A stretch of DNA of 63,838 nucleotides, the filler included, from Bigelowiella natans CCMP2755 (lineage: Eukaryota; Protista; Cercozoa): the NCBI GenBank assembly GCA_000320545.1. It is 4 parts of 4 records of this genome, joined end to end, with 100 filler letters (N's around TTAATTAATTAA, not from the genome) between each part and the next. Parts side by side here need not be neighbours in the genome. Positions count along the whole stretch, not along the records: positions 1 to 28,846 come from ADNK01001611.1; 3 more parts are not named here. The stretch is one strand, 5' to 3'. Below the pieces are notes generated by a model. That model made no database searches, had not been told where the DNA came from, and saw only the letters and a list, made by a program, of their open reading frames with translations. The position numbers were made by a program, and so were the translations under genes. Positions 13,076 through 25,520 of this stretch are shown here, piece by piece (the first letter of the stretch is position 1; every line of letters starts with the position of its first letter).

Positions 13076-14009
13076 TATAGTAGTAGTTGTAGTAGTAGTA
13101 GTAGGAGGAGGAGGAGGAGGAGGAAAAGGATGGGGATATATTACAGACACATGATTTGTAGTCTTTTCTCAAGTCACCCCCCTCCCCTTCCCCCCTCCTC
13201 TCTAGTCTCTCTCTCTTTCTACCGCTCGCGTCGCGTTTACACATTCCTTGTACACCAGGCGATTATCTCCCGAAAAGCTCGATTCACATACGCTGTTACC
13301 CGCGTCGAGGACTTTGATGTAAGTCGAGGCCATGATGAAAGACGCAGCTACGTCACGAGCGAGGGGCTGAAAAAGATTCGCGTCCTGCGTATTTTGGTAA
13401 ACGAAGGGGAGGATGTTAGGCTGGGGCAAGAGATTTCATCGAAAATGTACTACTCCCCTGCCCAATATATAACATAACAACTATGGTCGATGCTCGAAAG
13501 AAGAAGGCCGTCTTGCTCCATTCCTGCTAGCACAGAGAGTATAGATCCGTATCAACATTCAAATGTTGTTCGGTGCTGACTTTATTGCATATACTGCGTG
13601 CATGCACAATGCAGAAGCAACCCTGAGCCAACGAGCAGGTTGGTAGATGATATTTACCGCTGCATCGGCACGGATATACGGTACGTCATGAGAGGCGTAA
13701 CACACAAGTGACACATGATAATAACAACGATTATCTGATGACGATAGTGCATGCACTGTGGTAGCCTTTTTTAAAAAAAATGGCATTCCAAGCCCCAAAA
13801 GTTGTTTTGTTTCATGGATGTTACTCAGATATCCGGACGAAAAAGACGCCCAGAAACTCGGACAACTTCGCATTAAGCTTGGTCGTTGCCATGCAACGCA
13901 CTGTGCTAATGTCAAGGTAATCTACAAATTTGGAGGCACACACCTATCGATTGAAGCCCTCGATGAAGAAACCGATAAATTGTTTGCCCTTAATCTTGAG
14001 TTCTACTAG
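9684..14009 (+). CDS. HSPA12-type atypical Hsp70 (actin-like ATPase), about 15 exons
   Basis: MNGTVPRLIIAIDPGTSGMGFAY (phosphate-1); YYFDRFKMSLY; IRWVILVPAIWQEPAKKLMINAAIKAGI..LCLEPE|AAA; YMVLDVGGGTCDITCHE (phosphate-2); GGDCGSCQINARF; FLAGGFANSIYL; MAILKGGAMMG; IISRKARFTYAV; VIYKFGGTHLSIEALD..LEFY*. No EEVD tail. Confidence 0.9.
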
Positions 14010-14955
14010 AGCACGCGGTGCATACGAAACCGCGCATGTGTCTTAAATTCAGCTCAGCGTCAAAATTATGAGCAACATTTTCATCTGTTAGTTGCCCAAC
14101 GTCTTTTCCGCTAGTTGTTGTTGTATGATGGCGTGCTAATCCACAGTCGCCATTTGATTTACTACGCCTTTTTAGCCTTAGAGTGTTCCTCGAGAGTGCT
14201 CAGGAACATTGATGGAATGCTCATGCTATTTGCTGCGCTCGTATAGTTCAAAGCACGCTATGTGTTGCGTATCTGTGCTCGTGAATGTTTGAGTAGTGGC
14301 TTTCATTGCAATGGATACGACATGCGCGTTCTCAGAGCAGGTTGCGAACATTCATCTCAGAATTTTATTGCTCATCATGCAATTCAAGGTTTTGTAGAAT
14401 TGCAACGCAAGCAATGATGCAATTTGGTGCTCTCATCATTGATCGACACAATCACCGAAGCTGAATGATCACAAAATAAGCATCTGCTTTGACCAGTTGA
14501 CGGAAAGGGCCAGCCAAAAAATGTCGAAAATTCTTGCGTGTTGATAAACGTCGCGAAATCATGCATGCAAGTTGCTAGAAGCAACCTAGTAATCTCGTGC
14601 CAACACAAGTACGTCGCCTCTAGCTAGCTAGGCTTGGCAGGCGTGGGCAAATGATACTTTTGGCTGATCACCACGCGCGTCCGCAGCGAGAGATCAGAAA
14701 ACACGTACATTCTTCGGCGCTAGTCAGGACTTTATGAATTTGAAGGAGTTTTTTTTCTTTTAATGGGATACATGTAGTTGAGGCACCAAGGTATGCGTAC
14801 ATGCGTACGGTGTGACGGGACTGCATCGCAACGCTCGCGGCGGCTGGCCGCGAAAGGGGTGGATGTTGTAGAATACAACAACCCAAATCCCGCTGATCGA
14901 AACTAACATGACCACCCTGCTCATCTATCACTGCAAGAAGACTACCGACAAGCTC

Positions 14956-17900
14956 TTAGGTCCTTTTGACTTTGAGGACTTCGACTCGAAAGACGGTCGC
15001 CAGCGTGTGCAACCACGCCTTCTGCTGGAACGACAGCCGATCGTTCGGCCCCTTAACCTCCACCAGCTTACACTCGCTCCGCTCCTCATTCCAAAGGAAC
15101 AAGTCGGGAAGGCCCCCGCACCAGTGCTGGTAGTCCTGCGCAAAGCACATGCACACGTGCGCCAACGCCCTCCCTCCTATACACTGGCACAGCTTCGCAA
15201 CGGAGTCAACGTCCCATCTGTCCCATCGTACCCCCCTCACGCGCACTCCTTCCATCCGAGCGAAGGCCTCTCGCGCGATCGACGCAATGGCCTCCTTGTC
15301 CGCACGGCGGAGGAGTTCCAGCCGGCGCTCGATCTTCGCCCTGCGCTTCCGGTAGAAGTCGCACGTGCCCAAATCGAGCGGGGCGTCCTGGAAGCGCGTT
15401 TGGAAGACGTGCGGTATGTCCTCGAAGAGCTGCTCCGCCATGAGTAGGCCAAAGAGGTAGTGGAAGAGGCCATTCTCGCAGTGCACACCCTGCCACTCGC
15501 CGTTCTCCTTGAGCGAGTAGTGCTCGACGGCCAGCGCCTCAACCGATCCAAGCTCATTGTTCCAGGCGAAGAAGTGCGACTTTTGCCCGGTCTGGCAGTT
15601 GGTTGGATTTCCTTCGATCTCGACGGTCACCCAATGCCTCCCCCCCCCCCCCCCGTCCCTCCTCCTCTCCCCCGCCCTCCCGCCTCCGCCTTGCGCCTCC
15701 GCCCTTGCCCGCCACACCCCCCTCCGCCGCCGTCTCCTGCGCAAGTTTTCCCAGCGTTTCAACAGAGACCGGGCAGACAGAGGCCGTGACGTCCTTACGC
15801 TTCCAAAGCCGGAGCGTGCGAGCCTGGAGCTCGAGCAGGTCTCCCGTCTTGACGTGGCCGTCGCGGAGGCCTCTGACCGCCAGCTGGTAAGCTTCCTGGT
15901 GTCGTTTCAGATGCTGGCTGGTGTCGAGTACTAACCGGTTCCACCACCTCCCACGATATGCAGGACACAAGGCCACTGCTCCTCTAGCCACGTCTCGTCG
16001 CTTATTCCGAGAACCCTCTTGCAGACTGCCCTTGTTCCCTTCCCTTCCTCCCACCAGATCCCCCCCCTCCCCCACACTCTTCTTCTTCTTCTCCTCCTCC
16101 TCCTCCTCGTCGTCGTCGTCGCGTAGTTGGAGAAGCTCTCGGAGAACCTCGACTGCGAGTTCATACTCTTTCAGCCTCTCGAGCAACTTCACAATCTGAT
16201 GGCAGACCTTGGCATACACGTATCGAGATCGGAACCTCTCGAAGAAATCGGGGAGGGGGGGCGGAGAGGATGGCGACAGGCCGGTAGAGGTGGCCACACC
16301 CTTCCTATTCCCCTCCTTCGCCTCCTCCTCCTCTTCCTCCTCGTAAAGCCGCCTCCTCGCGTCCTCCAAGACTTCCCTGAGGCGTGTTTGGTCTATGAGG
16401 CGGGTAGGGATGGACTGCGCCTCAATCATCGCAGCCGCAGCCGATGACGACGCGTCTAGATACTCGGGGGCAATGTCGGTGAGGAGGTTGTTGTACGCGT
16501 TGCAGGCTTCGTGGTAGGCGATGAAGGCGCGGCGCGTTGGGAAGACGCTGAGCACGTCGTGCAGCGCGTAGTCCCTGTACCGCACATGGCCAATGGTCTC
16601 CAAGGTCATGAGCGTTGTGGTCTCTTCCCCCTCGTAGCAGTTGAGGAAGAACAGCCTGAACAGCCGATGAGACAGTGACAGCATCGCCGGCGTTAGCTGT
16701 ACCCACTCGCCACAGAACTTCGCAAACGACGCCCGCACGCGAGGGCTGTGGATGAGCCGCGCGCCGAAGAGCTCCCTTTGTGTCAGGAGGTGATCGAGGA
16801 GACCCATGCGCGAGTCGTAGGCCTTGCCGCCTCCACACTTTCGACCGCTTGTTCGTGAATTCCGCCTGTTGTTATTGTTGTTGTTGCTTTTGCTGCTGCC
16901 GCTGTGCCGCGAGTTGATTTTGTAGCCAATGGCCGCCGAGAATGACCGCACAGAGTCCAGGGGAAGCAGAAGGTGCTGCCGGCGGCGCCCTGTTCGTCGC
17001 ATCGCAAGGGGGTGGGGAAAGGAGCAAGCATGGGAAAAGAATGGTCGGATTAGAGAGCTCCCTATGCTATCGATAGGAGGACGAAGGAGAAAGAGAAGAA
17101 GGAAAAACGAATAAATTGTCAGATGTGGTGGTGGTGGCGGCGGTGGTGTTGCAGGCGCTTGAATTGGAAATCGGAGTACGACATAACGGCAGCGGAGAAC
17201 GCCGCTGTGATTTTTGTCCCGTGGGACAGAAAAACGACCGATGTTAAACGACCGTCTCAATTACGAATTCTTTGTTCGTGCAGTCATTTATCACCACCAG
17301 CAATCCCCACCCCCCCCCCCACCAAAAAAACAAAAAATACACTATCATCGCCATAACTCAGAGATGGCATAGCAAACATTGCTCCCACAAAAACAATACA
17401 GCGCAGGAGATATACGACCCGATTTCGACGCGTCGAGCAGCGTAGTGAAGAGCTCCTCCGCGTCGGTCTGCTCGATAGAGGAGCTCTTCCGGACGAACCC
17501 GCCATTCACCAGTTCCTGCACCGCCGCGCCGACATCTTCGACTTCCTTGTACTTCAGCGAGGAGAGTCGAAACCAACGGTCGGAGTGCGTGCGCCGCACC
17601 AGCCGGCAATACAGCAGCTGGGCGGCGCGGGAGAGCTCTTTAAACTTGCCGATGAGGCTCATCTCCGTGTTGTCGAGCAGATGCTCGCCGCGGCAGCGGA
17701 CGAAGTCGGCGATTTCCCAGAAGTGCCTAAGGTACTGGCCCTCTCTCCAGCGCTCGCTTTTCGGTGCCTCACGTTCGCAGATGCGTTGCAGTCTTGCCAG
17801 CGATGCTTTCGTGGCTTCCGAGAGCGATCCTGCGTGTGAGACACGTTGTACAGACACAGGGGGGGAGAGTATCTTTAATGACTTAAAGTGTGGCGAGAAG

Positions 17901-19496
17901 AGGGGGTTCCCTCCTCCTCTTATCGTACACGAGAAGAAGTGAGGAAAGAACAAAAACAAGCTAGCCTTTCGCAAACAACCACCGACATACCGACCGACCT
18001 TCTTCAGCGTAACGAGGACAAGTTATTCTTAGAGTTATCGCGATCTCACGGGACACGATCTCTTGGCCGCTATCATTCTCGCTGCTGCCGATTGAATCAT
18101 GCCTGTCGGGTGACGAGGTAGAATAAGCGGAAGAGGAAGAAGTACTACACCTGGATGAGGAGGAGGAAGAAGCTCTCGCCGAATTCCTGCCGCCGTGGCA
18201 ATTTGGTCCTTCCCCCAGAGACTTTCGCGTCCTAATCTCGTCTGGGCAAGTAAGCTTTCCTTCCACGTGGACAAGGGGTAAATCCCCATCACTGCCATCA
18301 TTCGAACTCTCACCATGCGCCGAAGGAGGTCCTGCCCCCTCCCCGCCCCCTTTCTTCTGGTGCTCGATATGGCCTCCTTCTCTTCTCGTCTTTATCAATA
18401 GTAGAGGGGACAAAACCCGTGCTATAGGGGCCGGGAGGTGACCTACGGCCTCATACTTGGAATTCAGCACCTGGATGGCGTTCGGGTCGACTGTGTTTGT
18501 TGGCTCCCTGCGCAAAAAAAGCGACTGATCGCGAACAACCTCATTCTTTTCGTCGAGAATCAGGGTGGAGTCCGAGAATTTAAGTCCGACGATCACGGTG
18601 AACAATCGCATCTCGCACGCTTTCATTGATTTTATTGCTGCTGTGGCAGCCGCCGCCACCCCCTGAGTACTCGCACTTTGCAAGCGTGCCTTTTCTATAC
18701 CTGGTCTTCGGTGGCCAGTATCACCTCCACATATTGTAGATGACACCGAACCCTGGCTGTCGAAGGTCGCGAAGCTAGTATTCTTCTGGTCACCGGGAAT
18801 GCTCCGTTTAATCGAATCGTTCGTAGTTTCCTTTCCATTCGCTCTGTTCTGTTTGGAGACATTTGGTGTCACAATGGCAGCGATCGTAGGGGTGGGAGCG
18901 TTGGTTTTTCTCCTTAGTTTCGGAGTTTCTTCTTCATGAGTCCGCTGGCGTTTCTTCCCTAGCCAAGCGCGCAGCCTCTCGATCGGTCGGGCGATTGGCG
19001 ACATGTACGAAGGGGGCTGCCCAGGCAGCTCGCCATCCCGGTCACCACCACCACAGTTTGCGCCATTGGATGGATTTATTCGCATCAACGAAACCACCAA
19101 AAGCAAATCCAGAATCAACACCCGTATCGTCGCGGAGGGGGTGCAACCAAGGCTGTTGTGGGAAGGCGTTCCCCACTCCTCAAGGCACGATGTTTTGATC
19201 AGTTCCAACCAACAGAGATGAGTCCCGTTATACGATCGCGACATGATCTTTTGATGGAATTGTAGAGTCGCACGATATAATTTCAGATGGTTTTTGTCGG
19301 AAATTGGTTTTAGGTTTAGTTTTCCCGCCAGGATGCGATGCAGTGCCGGTTCGTCCGCTGTCGGACGATTGTGGTCGCAGCCTCCTTCGGCTTGGTTGAG
19401 GCTGTTCAGAATGTGGCAATTAGAGCATTGAATGATGTTGCTTTTGTTCAACCCTGCACGAAACAATGCACTTCTTCTCGTGTTCTCAACTAACAC
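14956..19496 (-). CDS. FAN1: Fanconi-associated nuclease 1 (HIRAN, helical/TPR and VRR-NUC domains), with an apparent 1-nt frameshift in a C15 run
   Basis: HIRAN: LRREPTNTVDPNAIQV..VGHLPAPIARVL. LYCRLVRR..WFRLSSLKYKEV. TPR-like: RGRWWNRLVLD..HLK. VRR-NUC: SVEALAVEHY, WQGVHCEN, FQTRFQDAPLDL, GGLPDLFLW..LVEVKGPNDRLSFQQKAWL. The true start may be at 19085. Confidence 0.9.
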
Positions 19497-20402
19497 TTTC
19501 TCCCCTCCACATGCCTCTGCCGCCTGCTTCGATCTTCGTCGTCTTTCGTTCGTTCATGATCATTGCAACATTGGGGCGTTAGGGAATCACTTCCTTCCGT
19601 CCTTCAGGATTGCCAATTCACCCCCATGTAGTTTTGGCGAGAAGAGCGAATGCACACAACAAATCGATCATCAATGGTTGTGAGTGGTGCATTCTCACTT
19701 GCGCGCGTGCATCCTAGCATCCTAGCATCGCGGCACTGGCACAGTTGCTGCAAACATCATGGCATCAATGCCAGAATGCATGTGCTGCACTTTCGTGTTC
19801 ATCTAGTGCTTGCGTGCGCGAAGTTGCGCATTGCAGCAATTTTGATCGAGCCCAGGCTGGAAGATTTGGAGTCATAGATGATGATGGCAGCAGCCAGCAA
19901 GCAAGCAAGATGCCAGCAGCGATGTGATGTTGTTGTGATGCCACAACAAGCAAGCGCGTCAACGTGGAGCAATTGCGCACTGGCACAGCTGTGCGTGCGT
20001 AGCATTAGTGTCGTTGTTGGCCATCAAACTGATGCGCCTGTCCCCTGCATTCGGAACCGTACCCGCCCCAGCACATCTAGACATCCATGGTTCGCAATGA
20101 ATTTTATTTATTGGTGACAGTCAAAATGCTGGCGTTTTATTGAGGTCGGATACAAGGCAGCTTGTATACAATCAAGATAGAGTTTCATTCAACGTGTAAC
20201 GACACAGAGACGATAACTAGGTTGGGAGTCTCGTGGAAGTTCTAGCCAAACGCGCAGTTGTATGATACACGATGACGTACTAATTTTAAATATGGGACAG
20301 GAGGGTTGTGAGACAGACTGAAAATGGCTTCATCCTGTGTCAACTTTCTTTCTTACTAGCTTACCAGCTTGAAAATGATGTTTTCCACTACTGCCATCAT
20401 CG

Positions 20403-21799
20403 TTAGCCTTCCTCCTCCTCAGCTTTAGCCTTTGCCTCAGCCTCAGCTTTTGCCTTGGCCTCCGCCTCCGCCTTCTCTCTGGCTAGCTTCTCCTCAGCGA
20501 GACGCTTCGCTTCTTGTTCGGCAGCAATTCGATCCGCCTCCTCCTGCTGCTTGACCTCCTCATTGATCTTCACAAATGCATCCTTCATGAGCGCCGTGAT
20601 TGTCTGGCGAGCCGCAGCAGAATTCTGAAGCCTTGATCTCGTCTGCTCCATGATCCAGGGTAAGAATCCCTCAACGACCTGCTTTCTGATGGGCTCCTCG
20701 ATCTTGCCTTCTTTCTCCAAGTTAACGAAGACGACGTCCTCAGCACCGGCAAGCAGCTGCTTGGCGAGCAGGCGAGCCTTCGCCTTTTCGGCGGCGGCCT
20801 TTTGCTTTTCTTCAAAGTCTTTGCCTTGTTTGATCCGTCGTTCTTTCTCCTCAACTCTTCGCTTCTCAGCAGCTTCTAATCTCTGCACCTCTGCTAGCCT
20901 CGTGTTTCTCTTCTGTTCGAAGTCAGCTTTATGTTGCTTGAGCTCTTTCAGCTCCTCTTCTTCTAGGACCTGGAAGGAGGGGGGGAAAGAGGATAGATAG
21001 GATACATTTTCAGTATGGGCTACTGATATTGTGTGCATAAGCAAATCTGTAGTGCGCGCTCTCATTCGTATTCTTTCCGCTAGGACCTCACTTACCGCCG
21101 CATATACACACGCATAAGATATTATTGATAGACTCCCAGAGTATATTTTTTTGTTCACTAATCTGCATTTTATTGTGTATGAAAAAGATTTTGTTCCTTC
21201 TTTCCCAAAATGATTCTTGTTGCATTCTGCACGTGGTATGAACATTGTTTCCATTGATTTTCTCGCACGGCTAAACACAAGGCGGCACTCACCTCCATGA
21301 GCGCATGGTCCAGACTTTTCCCAATGAGCACTTCGAGTATAGGCTCCACTTCGAGGTCAAAATCGAACAAGTCGCCAGGCAGAATCTCTGTGGCTTTACT
21401 TACACCAGATGGTTTCGGCTTGAATAGTGGAGCGGTCGGGTAGTCAAGTAAATGATCTGTCTGCGTGGAAATCTCGGCCTCGTATGGCTTGTCGTGTAGC
21501 TCCTCCAGGAAATTGTCCGTTTGAGCTTCGGTGTGTTTGCGCCCTGGTACGGGTTCGGGCGTGGAGGACCGTGGGATTGGTTTGCTCAAGCGTTTTTTTC
21601 GTGTATTCCTCCCAATCTTTTGTGTCATTTGCATCTGACGCACAGGTACAGGCATTGCGTATGTGTTCCCTCGAATGACACGAGGGTCAAACATGATATT
21701 TCCAGCGCCCGATTCCCCCATATCGTCATCCCTGTACTTCTTGCGGTTGGTGTTCCTGACAGCACGTGGTGCCGATTGGAAGGTATATTGACCCTCCAT
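20403..21799 (-). CDS. RSP3: Flagellar radial spoke protein 3 (2 exons, intron 20970-21292)
   Basis: NIMFDPRVIRGNTYA, PVPGRKHTEAQTDNFLEEL, PGDLFDFDLEVEPILEVLIGKSLDHALME|VLEEEEL..RNTRLAEVQRLE, FLPWI. Canonical phase-0 GT-AG intron. Confidence 0.95.
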
Positions 21800-23462
21800 T
21801 GTGTGTTATTTGATATTTATGTCCGTGCGAGCACGTGTATGTCTGTGCAGGAGATTGGAGTTGCGCTAGACTGGGCAATCTCTTGATTCACTGCCGAGTG
21901 TGTAGTTCCCCCCTTTCGATAATTTCCAAACTCGCTAGGAGAGGAACCAGGGACGGAATAAACGCCTCCTGAAGGATGGGTAGATCATTTTAAATCTCGC
22001 TAGGAACTCTATGCATGACTTCGTTTCACCATATCAACCCATCCCACTGTTGGTTCGTCCCGTATCTATTATTTGTTTCTCATTTGATATAAACGTTATC
22101 CAAAGCTGATGAAGTGCTGTGGAGCAGCAAATATCAACCATGGAACATAACCGATGTAGAAAGGAGTGTGCATGATCTCTATATGCTTCATATGGACTAG
22201 ATCCAGATCGGCACAAACGAACCACGAAAAACGAAACCGTTGCTAGGTTCGACACCAGCCACGATCGAACAATGGCTATATTTTCTTTCCATCTATCCCA
22301 AAGGAAAATAAAACAAAAAACGTTTATTCGTATATGAAAACCTTCACAAGAGCTTGCTCTGAGCTCGCTGGTTGTAGGGGGGGAGAGAGTGCTTCGGTTC
22401 GGTTTCAGCCGGGTTCAAGCCCCTGGCACACAGTCCTAAAAGCTAGTCCAAAGATCAAATAAGGCTTGAATTATATTGGCGACAACAAAAGTTACTTGTC
22501 GTTATATTGATATTCTCGGCATACGCCGTGGTATGTTGGCACTGGAGGTTTTGAAACGAGCGTTTTTGGCATTGTATAGGCATTTTTCAGAATATTATTC
22601 GAACCCGAAATGATATAATTCGTTATTATAATCCCTAATTGTTGTCGTATGGATATATATTTGAAAAAATAGCCTATTTTTATACATAATCCAACAATCA
22701 ATAGATGCTCTCTGATACGAATGGACTACTACGCTGAGCCGAGAAAGATTTGGTTTCAGGTTGATTCGCCCTTAGCTCGGCTCATCTTCAAAATCAGCTT
22801 TGAAATGACTTGACGACATGGTAGCATTCCTATTTTCCTCTACTTTACATCAAATTCTCTTTTTCGATGTTTTTAACATCAAAAACATTGTCACATTGCA
22901 TTTTGATCGAGCATTACGCAAAATTTTCGTTTCAATCGTCTAAATCAATTTGCGCCTTCAAATTTGAGATGTCGGAGGGGTAAATAGGGAATACCCAACT
23001 TATCTATGGTTACACATTTTGAATAATAATAAGCCACGTACGGAACCTGTTGGGGGTTGCGGTTGTCGCCTTTGGCGACATGCAATCGAACTCAGCTTTT
23101 GGTTTAAATGGGCTTGATTTTCGATCTGGAGGGTCTCGTTTGGAAAGTGAAATTAACAGAATCTACACACACCGACCGGTTGTGGAACAATTCTTGTGGA
23201 AGCTTTCGTGTACAGACTGTTGCTTGCTGCTGTGGAGAACAGCTTGCGCACCGCTCTCCCTTTCTTTCAGCTCTCATCTTTTTCCAAAAAACACTGCATG
23301 ATCAAATGTTACACAACATCTTCGAATCTTTAGTTGGTTCCACTGAACAAAATGTTGAACTTGAAAGTGAGCTTCCAAAATCATACAACGTTCTAAATGT
23401 CCTGAATCTTCCCTGAAAGCTTTTACCTTCTAATCTCAGGGACCCGAAAACAAACTAAAACC

Positions 23463-24793
23463 ATGGCTCGTCGTCACATGCGCGTTCAACTCCGAGTGCC
23501 AAATTGGGCTCAACCTGGCCAAGTGATCGATGCCAGCGCCGGAGGGAGGAAGTTCAGTGTGGCGATTCCTCAGCACTTGCGCCCAGGACAGTTCTTCACT
23601 GTTCGTGTGCCTACTGGAGGGGAAGGAAAGGGTGAGCTCACAAATTATCAACGCATTCCCTCATAAGTCTTGTGTCACTCGATGGAGATGTTTGTGAATT
23701 TATTTCTATAATCTGTTAGCTTTGTATGGGTAGATGACTCATATGTGGGTGTGCATTCCCCCCTTACCTCCCTCCCCCTCTCGGCATGCGCGTACTTGTA
23801 CAATGAATTTACACAGAAACCAAGATGCAGGCGGCTGCTCCAGAAGTGTCTTTCAACCTTGAGCCTAACATTGTGATCGGAAACGATAAGTACTTCAAGG
23901 AGGTGAAGAAGTGCCAAGATTGGTGCGACTGCTCCCGCTTTTGCTGCCCTTACGTTGTATTCTCTGGAAAGAGTGAAGACGTGCGAATGAAGCACAACTG
24001 TTGCTGCCTTCCATGCTGCTGCAACTTCGAAGCTTACACTGTTAAGAATGTAATTCATGCACATTCGTCATAATGATCTTGATTCACTCCATTTCTCCGT
24101 AGAGCATTAGACGTTCCCACTGAGTACATAAGCCATCCCAAAATCCTGACTAACATCGCCTCACTCTCCTCCCCACAGGGTCACTCCAACGGGAAATCCG
24201 TCGGAGCGCTCGCTCCAGCCGGTTGCTGTGACCAGAACTTCTGTGCAGTGTTTTGCCCATGCTTCTACACTGGCCCGAAAATGCAGGCCAAGTTCCTGGG
24301 TGCTGACGGGAACCTTAAATATATGCTCAAGTCGGAGGTCAAGTGCTGCCAATATCTCTGCCTTTGCCTGGCTATATGCTCCCCTTGTTTCCGTATGTTC
24401 CGCTTCTGCTGCCAGGATTCCCAATACACTCGCTACGAGCAGAACGTCTACGGCCCCGACCTCAACGACCAGACGGTCTTCGCCAAGATCATTTACACCG
24501 ACCGCATGGTTTGCCCTTGCATCCCGGATGAGCGCATCCAAATGCGTATCGAGCCTGCTGAAGGCAGGACTCTCTCCAAGGAGGACCTCGTGCTGCTGTC
24601 AATCTTTCCCACTCTCATCTCCGGTTACACTCTTTGGGAGTTTTGCATTCCTCTCTGGGTTCCTGGCGGCATGGCTTGCGCAATGCCCAGCCCATCCGGT
24701 ATCGTACAGGTCGATGACGCTAACAACATCCAGGGTGAGCACATGAATATCAAGGAAGCTCTTGAGGAGCGCAAGCAGGACAGCATGTACTAA
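23463..24793 (+). CDS. Cys-rich phospholipid scramblase/LOR-like protein (3 exons)
   Basis: Exons about 23463-23631, 23818-24048 and 24179-24793. Repeated CC/CxC clusters (HNCCCLPCCC, GCCDQNFCAVFCPC, KCCQYLCLCLAICSPC), beta-strand-like segments and a C-terminal hydrophobic helix (KEDLVLLSIF). N-terminal VPxxxxPGQ-type repeats. Confidence 0.55.
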
Positions 24794-25520
24794 ACTGAGC
24801 ATCTCGACCAGGCAACGTTAATATCATGTCTTTTTGGTTTAAGAAAGCCTCAACTAGTCAATATGAAGTAAAATTCTACCAACAATCCAAAGAGCGTCGG
24901 TAAGGCAAGACAGCAAAACTATGGACAGCAAAATTACAATTAATACAACTCTCAGTATCCTTGTGCAAGTTTCGTTCACCCGCACATGCGATCAACTTTC
25001 CGCACCGTCCGTTGATGAACATTGCCTAGATTGCCATTGCAACTGCTCTAAAATGATGGAACGGCAGCGTACGCAGCCACATGTGTACATGTACATACAT
25101 TACATGTATGTTCCAAGTGGTGCTGCTTGCTTTGTATAGATTTGCTTATAATGTGAGAACTTACGAATTCTCTCACATGCAGTTTGGGGTACTCGGCTGC
25201 ACGTAACCATGTTAGCATGCATGGGAAGCTCACTAGCTCATGCGCGTTTGTTCTAAATAATATAATGCATGCATAGCAGAAATGCACACATCTAGCAGAC
25301 CTCTGAGGAATGTGAGACTTCGTTCCGAGGTGCTAATAATCCAAATGTGCATGTCGTACCAGGGCGTGCGTGTCGATAGTCGATATCGTGTGCTTCGATC
25401 AGTCTACGCACGCGGCATGCAGGCTTCGCATGCTATAGCATGGCACGCGCTGCTGCTATACAATGCAATGCAAGCGCGTGCATCGTACTTACAGCGCACA
25501 CGTCTCAGTATACATGTAAA

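Noticed and set aside
12959-13244. Poly-T/V/Y ORFs
   Set aside because: Translations of an intronic (TAG)n/(GGA)n microsatellite inside the HSPA12 gene.
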